Assembly (NCBI GenBank): GCA_010405405.1
Contig: MU004246.1
Location: 124,001-188,000, forward strand
Origin: Microthyrium microscopicum
Lineage: Eukaryota
DNA length: 64,000 nt
Reading direction: 5' to 3'
A program made the translations under genes and the position numbers. Below the pieces are notes generated by a model. The model was not told the DNA's origin. It saw nothing but the letters and a program-made list of their open reading frames with translations, and ran no database searches. Shown here piece after piece: positions 1-13,500 of this stretch (position 1 is the first letter of the stretch; each line of letters starts with the position of its first letter).

Positions 1-421
1 ATTCTATAGTTATTACGATTGGTTTCAAAACGGGAAGTCAACTACGTTACTCAAAAAGAAAGCACAAATAATAGCTTGGGTACTTCAGTCTAGAGCCACC
101 TATGGAGCATCTACCCATGATGTGGCGATTGTGATGTCACATAGGATCAGTTTATTCGCTTCAATACACTTCTATGTTCAAGAGCATTTGGAATAAACAC
201 ATTCTTATCGCTCAAACAATAAAACCACATTTGGAAAGTATGGTAGCAGTCCTGCAGACCACAGCTAGGCTAACCATAGGTCAGCGCTAAATTTTTGGAA
301 GGCTGTGGACGAGCAAGTATAGTATAAAAGCTACGCATTCTCTCCAAAATAGCCTGCCAGCTCTTAGCACTTTTTCTCACGCAATAAAAAGGTTCCGCTG
401 TTTTATCGAACTCTGCACATA

Positions 422-1790
422 CAGTCAGGTGCCAAAAGTCTCCGTCGTCGGCCTTTAACCATCAAACCTGTAAATCTATACCCATACTTCCAACCCAAAT
501 TACTAGGCCAAACCAGCCCAGAATTTAATAATAAATAGATCAAAATAAAGCCAAAGAACAGGCCTATTTAGGTAGGGTATAGAATTTTTAAAGATTATAG
601 TCTAATATTTAGTATACTAACCCTAAGCCTCTTTTAGTACCTAGAGCCTCCATAGCATACTATGAATATATTTATTTATCTCATCTTAGTCTATATAATC
701 CCACGCGTCTAAAATATATTCTATAAAATACTCTTTAGTTACTTTATCTTTACTATGCATCTATTTAAGCTCTAAATATAGTTTATATAACTTTTTCTTA
801 AGTAGAGCCTAGATGTTCTTAATAGGGTTTATATTAGGTAAGAATAGTAGCTATTCTATTACCTAAATTCCTTACTCTTCAAGCTACGACTTTATAATCT
901 TTACTATATAAATTAAAGCATTATCTTATTAAAACAATTTACCTAGTTTATAAATAATTTAAAGTATATCTTTAAAGGCTAAGATATAAGACTTTGCTAA
1001 ATACTCCCCCCTTTTACTAGCTTTATCCCTTACTATTATAATCAATTCTAACTTCCCTTGACGTCTATAGATTATTCTATAAACCATAATAGATAGCTAA
1101 GTTCCCTTTAGCTTTAGATTAATCATCTCGCGATCCTATTTCTATTTAGGCGTACGGAAACATTATTCTTAGTTAGTATCTTTGCTATATTTAATAAAAC
1201 ACTTGTTAGAGAACTAAATAACTTCTTAATCTTCCTTAGTAAGGTATTTGTAATCGTTTACAAACTAAAGGCGTTTAACAACATATTCTTCGCGAAGAAG
1301 AGAACGTTATTTAGCCCTCTACTTTTTAATATTAAAGACTCTGCAAACTCGTTTAATTGTTCTTATTAAAAATATAAGGTTAAGACGCTCTTTAACCTTG
1401 TTATAGGTTACTTTAGAGTCGCTACGAACCTCTTAAATTAATTTAGAGACGTCTCGGCGAGTATAGCTATGAGGAGTACCTTTACGCTTAGTATTTTTAT
1501 AGTTTTCGTTGATTATTTAAGGATTATTCAAAATGAAGCGAACTAATATAGCAAAGATGTCGAACTCGCAAGCAATTTTAGCAGTAGATTTAGAGCCACT
1601 AGCTTAGCTAATTATTATGCCTTTTTAAAGGGGAGTAAATTAAGTATTAGGGATCCTATCGCCAAATAATTGCTTCAAAGGAGTACGAATTAGAGGCATA
1701 GTAGTAGTGGTTAGAAAGGATAATTATTTTGGAAGACGCGTTTGAAGGACGTGATATGCACGGACGACGGAGACTTATGGCCTAGTACTG
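422..1790 (-). mobile_element. RIP-inactivated Tc1/mariner (Impala-like) DNA transposon
   Basis: Imperfect TIRs: CAGTCAGGTGCCAAAAGTCTCCGTCGTC at 422 versus the reverse complement of the right end, CAGTACTAGGCCATAAGTCTCCGTCGTC. TA duplicated at 420-421 and 1791-1792. Interior is AT/TpA-rich. A minus-strand relic ORF from ATG 1699 reads MPLIRTPLKQLFGDRIPNT*FTPL*KGII, like a fungal Tc1-type N-terminus with stops. Confidence 0.9.
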
Positions 1791-1969
1791 TACCTACCAG
1801 CTGGCACCAGTACTGGGACTATCTACTACATCAACCTCCTTTCATCATAGATACAGCCTCAACAAGCGCTATTTAGATACTCCACGTGTTCTAAGCCAAG
1901 CTTGCTATTACTGCGGTAATACGTTTCGACTCTCTTCCAGCAACAGATGGTCTCAAATACAAACACAAA

Positions 1970-2287
1970 ATGATGTTCTCTCTGGACCTGCCAGCCAGCC
2001 TCTCCCTCGAACACAATCTCGACGCAAATTTAACTCTAAACCAGTACATCTGGGGACTGATTCAGCTCGCCGCTTGGTTTCTCAAGGTCTGGCTCTTCTC
2101 CTTCATCCCGCTCATGGCTCTACTCTTTCTTGGAATCTTAGCCATGGCTTGGATCCTACGTGTCTTGTTTCTGGCCTTACCTGGGTCTCTTCAACGTCTT
2201 CAACAACTGGACATCGAGAAAAACCAAGGCGACGCGAGTTGGAAACGTTGTGAACGAGATGCGACACCCTGGATGACGCGATCTTAA
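1970..2287 (+). CDS. Hypothetical small membrane protein (105 aa)
   Basis: ORF with a long hydrophobic stretch and a plausible start context (CAAAATG). No recognisable family. Confidence 0.3.
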   Translation: MMFSLDLPASLSLEHNLDANLTLNQYIWGLIQLAAWFLKVWLFSFIPLMALLFLGILAMAWILRVLFLALPGSLQRLQQLDIEKNQGDASWKRCERDATPWMTRS

Positions 2288-2806
2288 TCTAGTCTTCAGC
2301 CTTGCGACTGAACTTTGGACGCGACGAAGGCTAATTCTGGTTGAACTGTGAACGACACAATGCACGCTCATCGCATTGATCAATTTTGGAGCTAGAGAGA
2401 CAAGATTCGAAAGACATTAAATTTCACGCAGCGCTTTCTCAAAAGAAGTACTTCGAAGGGATGCTCAACGAGTTGTATGAGCCTTTGAAGGTGCAATTGA
2501 CATTATAAGGCTGAAAATTCTATTAATAGATCGCGCGTAGAAATTACTGACCAATGAAACTCGGGATTTCGGAAAGTTGATGATTGGCTGCGATGCCTCG
2601 ATTCTGCGTTGCCCCTGGAGCCTGAAGCTCACCAGCGCGTGTCTCACTGATGACTTGTTCCTGTTGTACGGGAGTTGTACCAGAGCCAGCCTAATGTTTG
2701 GACTTGTGATGATGTCGAGGCGCATGACTGTTGAGTATACAAACGCGACTTGGGTTTAAAAGACCTCTTCGTCCACCTACAAACCGTTTCCCATTATCAT
2801 ACAATC

Positions 2807-3786
2807 ATGCGCATTTCATCCGTCGCCTTTGGCGTGAGCTGTCTGCTCTCTCAGGCATTTGCATGGGGAGAAGTAGGTCATAGAACAGTCGCGTATGTTG
2901 CATACAGATATCTCAGTCTGAATACGCAAGTTTATGTTGATAATATCTTGAATTATCATGATGGGCGCGATATTGGCGACGCGGCGATTTGGCCTGATCA
3001 AATTAAATATGGACGGCCGTACACAGCTCCATGGCATTATATTGGTAAGCTCACTTCATACTCTCAAGTAAACTAAATCTAACCTCGACAGACGCACGCG
3101 ATTCACCACCAACATTATGCGGACTGAACTATCCCGCAGACTGCGGCGACAAAGAGTCTGACGGCTGTATCATCACCGCCCTCCACAACTACACAACTCT
3201 CTTCATGGATCCCAAAACCCACCCTCTAACCCGCCAAGAAGCGCTCAAATATGTCATCCATTTCATCGGCGACATCCACCAACCGCTACATACCGAGGAT
3301 GCATTCCGCGGAGGCAATGAAATCCCCGTATGTTTCCGCAAAGCCTGCTCGCACCACAACCTGCATTCAGTCTGGGATCGTGATATCGTTCACAAGCTGG
3401 TCGGCATACCAACAGCCGCAACGCATGAGCAGGAGACGAAAGCGGCGAAAGACTGGGCTGACAGGCTTGTTGGCGTGGATGCGAACTTGAGCTTGTTGAA
3501 GGCTGAGTGCGATGATGTGGTTGATCCTGATCAGTGCTCGTTGGCGTGGGCAAGGGAGTCAAATGCTTGGATTTGCAAATATGTCATGAAGCCCGGTTTG
3601 GAGTGGCTGTCAAGCAATGATCTTAGTCTGGAGTACTTTGATGGTGCTGTGCCAATTGTGGAATATCAAGTCAAGATGGGTGGAATTAGACTTGCTGCTT
3701 GGTTGGAGGCTATGATCGCTAGAGCGCAAAGCATGCAGTCTGCGCGGAAGGGAACGCAACATGTTCTCAGAGAAATGGAATTCTGA
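2807..3786 (+). CDS. Secreted S1/P1 nuclease (exons 2807-3044, 3092-3786)
   Basis: Signal peptide MRISSVAFGVSCLLSQAFA, then mature WGEVGH. Motifs WPD, WHYID (across intron 3045-3091, GTAAGC...CTAAC...CAG), HFIGDIHQPLH, GGN and NLHSVWD are the S1/P1 zinc-ligand motifs. Confidence 0.95.
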
Positions 3787-4180
3787 GAAGGACGATGTGA
3801 CATTTCTCGAACAGAGAATTCTACCCATCGGCTCGAGGAAACGAAGTAGCAGGCTATGTACCAGCGTATGTCAACCTCGTCAACAAACTTACGACACAGA
3901 ACTGGACTTTCTATAGCATGTTTTGGCCCTCCAATTTCAAGAACATATCGAACAGTCTCCCAACTATATTTTTAGTATAGCTACCTCTTAGAATAGGCAG
4001 AGCAAATCGCTAAAACATAGTTTTGCCATTCCACTTCCATTTCAGCAATCTCAGTTGATCATTGCACAATTTCTCGAAAGAAGCATCTAGCTCCTATTCC
4101 GTAACTCTTTCCGCTAGAAGGTGTCTCCCTCTCGAAATATAACCCCATCTCTGGAAAGAACGCTCGTTTTCTGTCCAAAC

Positions 4181-4752
4181 TTATAGCAACCACGCAGCAA
4201 AAAGACCAGCTCCAGCGACGAACGAGCCAGCCACATTTATTGACGCACTATTGGTGGTTGTTTTCGGTACAGCGCTCGGTGTCGTCGAAGTCGTCGTCGT
4301 ATTGCTACCTGAGATCGCAGCAGCGCAGATAGAAAGGCTAGCGGAAACAGTAGCTAATCCAACAACGTTAGTACCAATCCACAATGCTGCGCCGGAAGAG
4401 TTGAACGTACCTGCTTGATCTGCAGCACTGCAGGCTTTGTCCACACATGGAGTGACTGATGCTGTGAGCGCGTCTAGAATATAATTGTTAAATCATATGT
4501 TTCGAAGGAGGAGGTTTTTTGGGAGGGAAATGTACTTTTGCCGGTTGTGCATTGGCAGACGACGTCGTTGAGGTTGCAGCCAGCTACTGCGGCTCCTTGG
4601 GCGAAACATGTGAGCTACACAGGATACATGATTAGTTCTCGTCTTGTGTATCGTGGGATTGAGGGTCATGCGCATACTGAGCAGGTAGGAAGACTGGAAA
4701 GGTCAACGGCGAACGCGACGGATGCAAGAGCGAGAATGGCGAAGAACTTCAT
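4181..4752 (-). CDS. GPI-anchored CFEM-domain protein (exons 4752-4678, 4614-4536, 4473-4411, 4353-4181)
   Basis: Signal peptide MKFFAILALASVAFA. Spliced product LPTCSLTCFAQGAAVAGCNLNDVVCQCTTGKNALTASVTPCVDKACSAADQAATVSASLSIC has 8 Cys in CFEM spacing. A Ser/Thr stalk and hydrophobic C-terminal GPI signal follow. Three GT-AG introns. Confidence 0.92.
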
Positions 4753-6164
4753 GATGTCGGAGGAGTAGTAAATATCGGAATAAAAATAAAGAGAGTGGAA
4801 TAGAATGGAAGGAACAGAATGTATGGACAATAATAAAAGTGCTGAATATTCAAGCAAAGAAGGAAAATGAAATTGGTATGAGTTGAAGATATCGCCAGAA
4901 GTTAAACCACCAATGTCAAAAACAGAAGGAACGTTTACTTTTGTACCAATGCTCAAGAAGCTTGACGCAAGAAAGGTGGTTCATTTCGAGGGGGCCTTGA
5001 GAACCTTCATACAAGCCATCTTCTAAACGATGGCTTTCAAGGGCCCAAATGTGCACGCCAGCTTGCGTTTTGTTTGGCGGCTCTTGTTCTGAGAGGGCGA
5101 TAGATGCCGCCACTGATCCACTCAGCAGTCCTAATTCTGCCCAGACATACTTAGCTTGGCTTTTCTAGTCATTGCACTGCGGAGAAGAGTCCTTTGGTTC
5201 AATTGATTTCTTGTGATTCTCAGCTGCATAAATATATCCTTGTTCCAATGTGCATCTGGAGGATGCATACGAGAATATAAGGTTTGCATGGAGGGTGGTC
5301 TTGACATTTGCTTATGCGAATTGCGGAGTGCAGCGAACCTTGCTCGAATCAACTTCAAGACTTGGAATTGTAATTATCACCGAGTTTATTGGCTCAATTC
5401 GACAAGCAAAACCGCCGAACTTTGTATGAACAAGAAGGTGCTGATCAATCTCACGTTGAACCACTGCTCCTTCAAGAAGAGAAGGGCACGAAGGGCTGAC
5501 CTCGTGCTCGAGACTCGAGAGTGAGACCTTTAAGGTCTTTGATATCAAAAACGATTTCTGCACCCGAAAGACAATCAGGGGCAACTCTTCAAAGAGTGGA
5601 CCGCTACAAGTCCGCTAACCAGGCTATCGAACATGAAACGTGGAAACCCGCCTATCAGAACCTGGTGGCGTCGAACCATTGGAAGTTTGACAGCGGGTAC
5701 GAGTCAAAACCACACACAAGTGACAAGTTCCAAGAAAGGGGAATCGTTTGCTTCCTGCAAGGCGTCTGCGCTGCGTTTTTGACACCTGTCAGGCTGTCAA
5801 GAATTCAGTTCATCCTGTCTTTCAGACATCTCTGAAATGGCTTGTGAAGTTGCTCGCCTTGCCCACCATTACCTTCCTCGGCGAAAGCAAAGACTTCAGG
5901 GTTGAAACATAAAAGCGAGGTCAGAAGCGATCACACTCGTTACCGAAGAAACCTAACCTCCTACCATCGTTGCTGAAGCTTCCGATCGTGATATCCTTCG
6001 CCAAATGTTGCCGTCAATCTCGCAATGCGATGATCCGGAGGAACATTCGGGCCTATTTCCCTGAAGTTGCAGCATGAGCACGCAAAGCTTGGTGACTGGT
6101 CGAAAGTATTGTGAAGATATGCTGACTCGACATACTTTGACGATCTAGAGCAGCGAGATGGAAT

Positions 6165-9100
6165 GGGCAGCGTCAGCAGCCCAAATCGTGCACCCTCGGA
6201 GAACGCCGTAGGATCAGATCTCTTCCTATTTAGGCTAGAAAGCCAAAATCCTACAAATAGCGCTAGAGCTTAGCCAAAGCGACTAACGTAGGATTTTAGC
6301 ACAATAATCAGCATATCTTTTACCTATTAAAGCCTAGCGCGGTGTATATTTTAACGTTATATTAATTTTAGTATAGTCCTATGAAATAGTATTATTATAA
6401 AGATCATAAAGTAATTTAAACGCGCTATACGCGTTAAAGGTAAAAGAGATAATTAATAATACTAGAATTAATCTAAATATGATATATAATTATGCTAAAT
6501 ATATAGAAAAAGCTAAATTTAAATAATCCTATCTTTATTATTAGTAATTCTAATTAAAATATAAAATTAATAACTACTACTAAGTAATTTAATAGCAATA
6601 TTATTTTAAATCCTATTAAACTAAATTAATCCTAAGCTTTACAATCCTATTAAACCTCCTCTACTATATCTAGGGTATTCTAAGGATACTCTACTACTAT
6701 TACTAGTACTATTACTATTAAAATCATAGTATATTTAACCTACTTCAAGATTAGTATTACTATATACCTTAATTCTTAGTACTTATTAGCTAAATCTATA
6801 CTACTTTAACCTAGAGACTTAGGTTAAACTAAATACTTAGGTTAAAGCAGAGACTTAGCTTTAGAATACTAATTATCTACGCCAAAATAGCTCTACTAAA
6901 GAGCTAAATAGCTTTACGTAGAATTTAATATCTTAAAGCCTAATATAGGCTCTTTATTCCCTATTTGCGTAGGTACCTACTACCTAAAATACTACTATAA
7001 GGCCCTCTATATATTAAGCTACGCTAGTAGTCACTAGGACCTATACTCCTACCCTAACCCTTACTATTAGTTTAAGCACTTTAGTAAGTAATTATATAGG
7101 TAAGAAGTAGAGTCTAGTATAGGGATAATAACGTCTAATAGTTATATTAATATATGCGTTAAGGCAAAAGGATAGCTTTAGTAGTAATAATAGCGACGCT
7201 ATTACTAGATAGAAGATATAGTAATAAGCTAAAGTTACTAAGTAATATAAATCTATTTAAGGCCTCTAAGATAGTCCTTTAGAATAAGCAATTTAGCTAG
7301 TAATTAATTATACTCTTCTTTAATAGCATTAAGAACTAAAAGATAAGTTAGGACATAATATACTAATAGATAAATTCTAACTTACTCTAGATACCTTTAT
7401 AGAAATATATAACTATTACTAAACTAAGATATTAATAAAGAAAGCTTCTACAAACGCTATTAAGTAACGTTATAAAGAAGCTACGAAATTACGTAATAAA
7501 TTATATAAGATATATTTAGAGCGTTAAGCGCTTCTATCTAGTATTTAATAGAAAGATATTATAATAATTACTATTAAACTAGAAGATATTAAAGATATTC
7601 CTAAAACTTAGCTTTTAACTACTTCTAGCGTAGATTACGCTTCTATAAAGGGGTTAGTTCTACTTATTTAAACTTAACCTACTATAACGCTAGTTCTAAC
7701 GCCTACGTATAGAACTTAAACTTCTATATCTAGGATTAATAAAATTATAGATATTTATAATAGCCTAGTTTAATAATTAGAACGTCTTAATTTAAATAGG
7801 TCTAGAACTTAAGATAATATAGTTATTAGTAGTAGAATTAGTAGTAATAGTAGTAGTAGTAAAGGAAGTAAAGTTACAAAATTAAGGGAAGAAGTAAAGA
7901 TAGCTTACTTAAAGATAATAAAGATAAAGGAGTTATTAAGAGAGTCTTTAGGTTAATTATAGTTATAAAGGTTAAGCTAGTATTTCCTATATAAATTAGT
8001 AGTAAAGATAAAATCTAGTTTTTATAGAAATATTATAATAGATACTAAAAGCTTTAAAAGTATATAAAAAGGTTAAATAATTAGCTAACCCTACCTTATT
8101 AACTTCCTCTCCTTTAGTAAGAATATTTAACTTTACTTCATAATATTTACTTCTTTAACAACTACTATAACTATTCTATACTATTTAAATCGTTACCTTA
8201 TAAATAATTTAATAATATCTAGTTATTAAACATACTACTAAGATTAAGATATCTTCTAATAGTTAGTAGGTCTACCCTAAAGTAGGTAAAAATAACATTT
8301 CTATAATAATAGGTATAGTAGTTAGCGAGTAAGAACAATACTACTATATACACTCTAACTAGCATTAATTCTATCTATAGGCCTAACCTAAAATTAGATA
8401 TCCCTCCCTTAAATAAGGCTTTTATATTACTAAATACCTATTTTATATATACGTAATATTTTAATATTTCCTTATTCTATGCCTTCTACACTAGCGTAAG
8501 AATTCCTATATAGGAAGACATTATTAAGTTATTATTTAGATATGCTACATCGCTATATAGTAGTAGTTTTTAGCTCCTATTAAATATTTAAAGAAGTAAG
8601 TTATATTTATATCTATATAGGATTAATACTAACTATTTAAAGTTATTCTTTAAGACCTAACGTTAATAATATTCCTAGATTATTTAAACTCCCTAGATAT
8701 AATAAATCTATTGCTATTATTAATCTATTAGGGCAATAGACTACCTAGTATTTAATATAATGTGCTTTATTATATCTAGAATATAACAACCTTTAGATAT
8801 AACTTATTAGCCTATAGACGTTAATATATATACCATTAATATAACCCTAGTATATATTACTACTACTAGCTCTATTAATTATCTTACTATAGGTATAAAT
8901 CTATTATAGATTTAATAATAGGTAGAATCTTAGTAGTATATTAGAATATCTACGATTAAAATATATAATAGTAGTATTAAAGTAGTCCTTTAGGTATGTT
9001 ATACTTTTTCTAAAGTATATATAGATATCATCATAAGTATAGATTTTTGCTAACCTATATAATACTATATAAAGTAGAAATAGTCCCTTCTTAGGTAGAT

Positions 9101-9625
9101 TTAGACAATTAGGTAAAGGTAGATTCTTAAAATTAAATAGCTTTATTAGTTCTAGGATTTTATACTTCTTAAATCTATTATATACTAATTAGTACTATAG
9201 GTATTATTTGTAACTAATTCTAAGTAGTTACTAATATTCTATAACTATTCTACGCTTAGATCTATTTTTAATACTCTAGTCGTAGTAAACGTATTCTAGT
9301 AAAGGCCTATAATTACGTTCTTAAAGCTCTTCTTTAATAGCAATATATAATAATAGTAGTACTACTATAATGGTAGTTATTATAGCTAATTCCTCTCTAA
9401 TAGGGTCCATTTTAGATATTATTTAATAAAATTATAGTCAAAATATATAGCGTTATAGTTTAATAACAAGTATAGGAAGAATTTATATAACGCTATTTAT
9501 TCCTATATAATAATACCTATTTACGCCACTAGCGTGGATCATGACTCCATTAGGTTAGTACTAAAATCCTCCTCTGCAATAATCGTGCAGGAATCCTGCA
9601 CAAATTAGAACTGCTGACGCTGCCC
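6165..9625 (-). mobile_element. RIP-inactivated PIF/Harbinger-group DNA transposon (two convergent ORF relics)
   Basis: Perfect 15-bp TIR GGGCAGCGTCAGCAG (6165-6179 / 9611-9625) and 3-bp TSD AAT (6162-6164, 9626-9628). The minus strand near 8710-8880 reads IY*GYINGIYINVYRL..*RLLYSRYNKAHYIKY*VVYCPNRLI, a RIP-mutated DDE_Tnp_4 core (WGFIDGT..CRP..YSG..H.IKYQ...PDGLI). A probable second relic ORF lies on the plus strand at ~6400-7970. Confidence 0.88.
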
Positions 9626-10583
9626 AATTGCAAGGTATTATGAACGCATCTTTTGAGACCATGGTCTTCTATTGAGGGGGGTATCGTACAGAAGATACTA
9701 CCGTGAAATTTACAGCGTATGAAGTTTTGTGGTTGAACAACTTGAAATCACAGAAACAGTACATAAATGAAGATTCAGCAAACATAGATTTCTACTACAA
9801 CTACAACTACAGAGTATAGCTAAATCCCGGTGTATCTCCCAACACCTAAACGCTCAATCATGGCTAGAGTACCTATTCCATATCAAAGACCCACCCACCA
9901 CAAAAAGCCATGCCTCTCAAAGACATGCTTCCGCCAAAAACATTTAAAAGTTAACATCTAAGATGTAAAAGTTGTACATGAAAAAAAGAAACCAGTTTGT
10001 CAAAAACACACAAGACTGTCGAAATAACAAGATGAAAAGTAAAAACGCCGCGCCCTTTTTGCTGTTGGTGTATACTTGTGGTTTCAAAAAAAACTCCTTT
10101 GAAAGGACAAAACAGGACGACGAATAATGTCCTGTATAAAAAACCTCCCGTGGTAAAGCCTTGCCGCATTTTTGTTGCAATCGTACAGAAGTAATAGAAC
10201 ATGTAAAATACACACAATCTGATGTTGCCATCGCCGAGCCCTGGGTTTTGTTCATAATAGAACAGTAGGCGAATGCCTGTGCAGAGAATCATTCCGTCGT
10301 TTTCCCATAAGGAACATGTGTAAGGGTAAAAAAAGCAAGTAATGGTGTAAACCAGGTAAAGCCGACAAAGGTATCATGCGATTGGTAGATAGAAGACCGC
10401 GACGACACAAACGCGATCGCTGCGATTTGGACTCCGGTAGCCAGAATCGAAAGAGGACAATGATGTACAGGTGAAAGCTTCGCACGCGAGTGCAAGGATT
10501 GGAATCAGAGATATAATAGTGGTATCGTATTTGTGGAAGTGGAGCGGAAATAGAAAGGAGAGTGTGGAAGTGGTGTATTATGA

Positions 10584-13500
10584 TTAGAACATGCCGCCTT
10601 CCATGACGGGGCGTGCTGTCCGGAGTGCAGGATTGCTGGCGTTTGCTTGAGATTGTGCTCGTAGACGCATTCCTAGTTTCTCACCCTCGCTCGAGCTCTT
10701 TCTAAGACGATGACGGGATTTGAATGGTGTGCCGTTTTCGCCAGAATGCATGCTTTGGCCATATTGCTGGTACGATGCTGGTGCACTAAAGTCCCGGACG
10801 TCTTCCTCGCCTCGATTGAATCCAAACTTTCGACGCATTGGGTTGATGGGTGGGACAGGTGGTGCTCCATGTTGGAAATCATCCATTCCATGCTGGAGAT
10901 TGGCAGCAGCTGAAAGTTCCACTGTATCAAGGACCGATGTGGTTGAGATGAGTCGTGGTTCTCCAATTTGGTGCTTTTGGATCGATCGTTTTCTAGACTG
11001 AGATCGAGCACGGCTGGAGCTTGACGCGATACTTGGGGCTGAGGAGTTTGAGAATGTCTGAGCAATAGGTGTGGAAGAGCCTGATAGAGGAGGAGTGGAA
11101 ACATTAGGGAATGGAGCTGGAGAGTTGCGACCCATGGCATTATGTGGCGCAAAGCCTGGAGAAGGTCGAGGCGACATTCCAGGAGACAAAGCAGAGCTTC
11201 CTGGAATTGGTAAACGAGGAGATGAGGTGACCGATGAAGCACTCATAGGACTATGTAGCGCTGGTGGAGGATATAGACCAGGCTTGGCATCAAAGTAGCT
11301 GTTGTTGCCTGGTGTAGAGCGCGCAGTCTGGATTTTCAACGGATTCGAAGTTGGGTCTGGAGCGAAGCGCTGCGCCATATCAATAGGTGGCATTGGTGGT
11401 GGAGAGTCTTCAGGAATAGTTGGGGGATCTTGGTAGATTTGAGTTGTGACGCGACTGCTAGAGCCCTCGACCATAGCTTTTTCAAGATCATCTTTATACC
11501 GTCCGTTTCGGCTTCGTGATCGTCCATTTGACTGTTGAGAATTCGATCGGCTCCGCGACGAATTGTTATGTGCTGAGACCTGAGGTGGATTAGAGCCCTT
11601 TCGGTCTCGAGCGTTAGGTGGATAATCGTCACTGCTGCGTCCGGATTCAAATCCATTGGAAACTGGATAGTTCTTTGCAGCCACGGAACGGGATGTCGCA
11701 GGGCGAGAGTTGGAACGAGAGCGGATAGAGGCAGCGTAGCTTGACTCTTCTGAGCGCCAGCGATCTGACTGGAAAGATGGCCGCTCTTGGATGAAAGATC
11801 CGTTGGAAGCGCCTAGTCCAAAGAGCTTGTTGGGCTTGTTTGCTTGTGTTCCTTCGGATCCTTTCTTGATTGATTCTCGACTTGACTTTGTCCGGAGCAT
11901 TTCAAGACCTCGGAAAGGACCAGGCATGAATCGATCTTCTGGCTGTGGACTAGGTGCAGGAGATTCATCCATGCGGGCCTTGAGCCGCTCCTGTAAATCT
12001 CGCCGTCTCTTGGCAATCTCGCTAGTAAATGCATCTTGTTCATTGATAGTGTCGGCACTGGGAGCTCGACCATGCATCTTGGGCATTTCGTGATTCCATG
12101 GCATGTCATCAGTAGTGTCTGCAGCACGAGAGTAACCACGTCGGCGGCTCGCTCTGGCATTTGGACTCGATTCTCCCTGATTATTTGAAGCGTTTTCTTC
12201 GACAGGGCTAACTGGACTGTAGTGTGCAGCTACTTCATCGACAGAGTTCTTGAGACCCTCCAAATCGAATGGGTTGGATGCGTGACTGTAGTTGGACTCT
12301 GCAGGAGTAGCAGCTTCCGTAGGCTTGGCCATGGGTGGAGGGCTAACATCTCGAGTCCGGAGTGCCAACTTGGATGGAAACTGTGGAACTGGAGGTGCCA
12401 CATCATCAAAGTCGCCATAATATGAAGAAGAGGCACTATGTTGCCGAAGATGCTGGTGAATCAGACCACTCAGTCCGCCATTAGCGGGACCCAAAGCGTT
12501 GGGCGATGCAGCTGCTTCGTCGATTTGGCTTGGTCTTCGAGACTGGTGCTCTTCTGTTTCATTGATCTTGTCACCATATGGATTCTGTCGCATGGGCATG
12601 TTTTCTTTGGCGCTGACAGAAGCACCATTGAGTCGGCTTCTGAATGCTGGGTGTCCACTCTGTGCCGTGCCGGAGGATGCATTCGATGGCTGAACTGGGG
12701 TAATTGGAGGTAGTCTGAAAGCTGGCGCTTGACTCTCGTACTCGCTGCCGCTGCTGTCCCGACTATTGAAAAAGAAGTTTGTTCGAGATGCATCCTGTTT
12801 GATGGCCGCGAGCTGTGGCGGGGAATCTTTCTGGACCGGCTGAACTGCATGTGAATTGGCATTGCTGGCTTTCATCTGGTTCGCCGCTTTTTGGAAAACT
12901 GAGAATGCTTCCGTTGCTGATGCATTTGTGCCCGCTCGAGATCGGCCAGAATATGAGGATTGTGCATAGATCGATCGGCTATCACTTCCATCAAATGAAA
13001 GCTTGGGTTCATCTTGCTTGATATGCTCTGGTAAAGGAGTAGCCGCTACAATAGGACGGTCAAGTTGGGTTTGAATAGGTTGCGAATCCGTGCCGGGTGC
13101 ACCAGACCCAACACGAGAATTTCGTTCCTGTTCTTGGGTGCGACGAAGTGTCATTTGACGTTGCAGATATTGTGTCTCGCTGAATTGAGTGGGCTTGTTG
13201 AATGCGCCCATTGCGGTTGCTTTGCCACGATCATTTGGACTGATTGCAGATATTAGAGGATTCTTGCCAAATCTAGGCAAATTGGCTTGCGATTCTGCAG
13301 GAGGTTGAGGAAGTGGAGTGTCTGATAGTGGAAAATTGGGGCGATATTCTTGTGTAGTTGCCGGTGGAGACATTCGAGTGGGACTTGATGGCACGCGATA
13401 TGGTTCTCTTCCCCCCTGTTTGGAACCAGTGCGTGAGAATGGCGGTGAGGTTCTACCCTTGGCCTTTTGGATCGAGTTAAGTCGCGTAATGGCCGAAGTT

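Noticed and set aside
9528..9540. 13-bp match (GATCCACGCTAGT) between Harbinger 1 and 59761-59773
   Set aside because: Matches of this length are expected by chance in 64 kb, and this one does not extend.
9944..10495. Several short minus-strand ORFs
   Set aside because: They overlap each other in U-rich sequence and are best explained as the 3' UTR of the 1274-aa gene.
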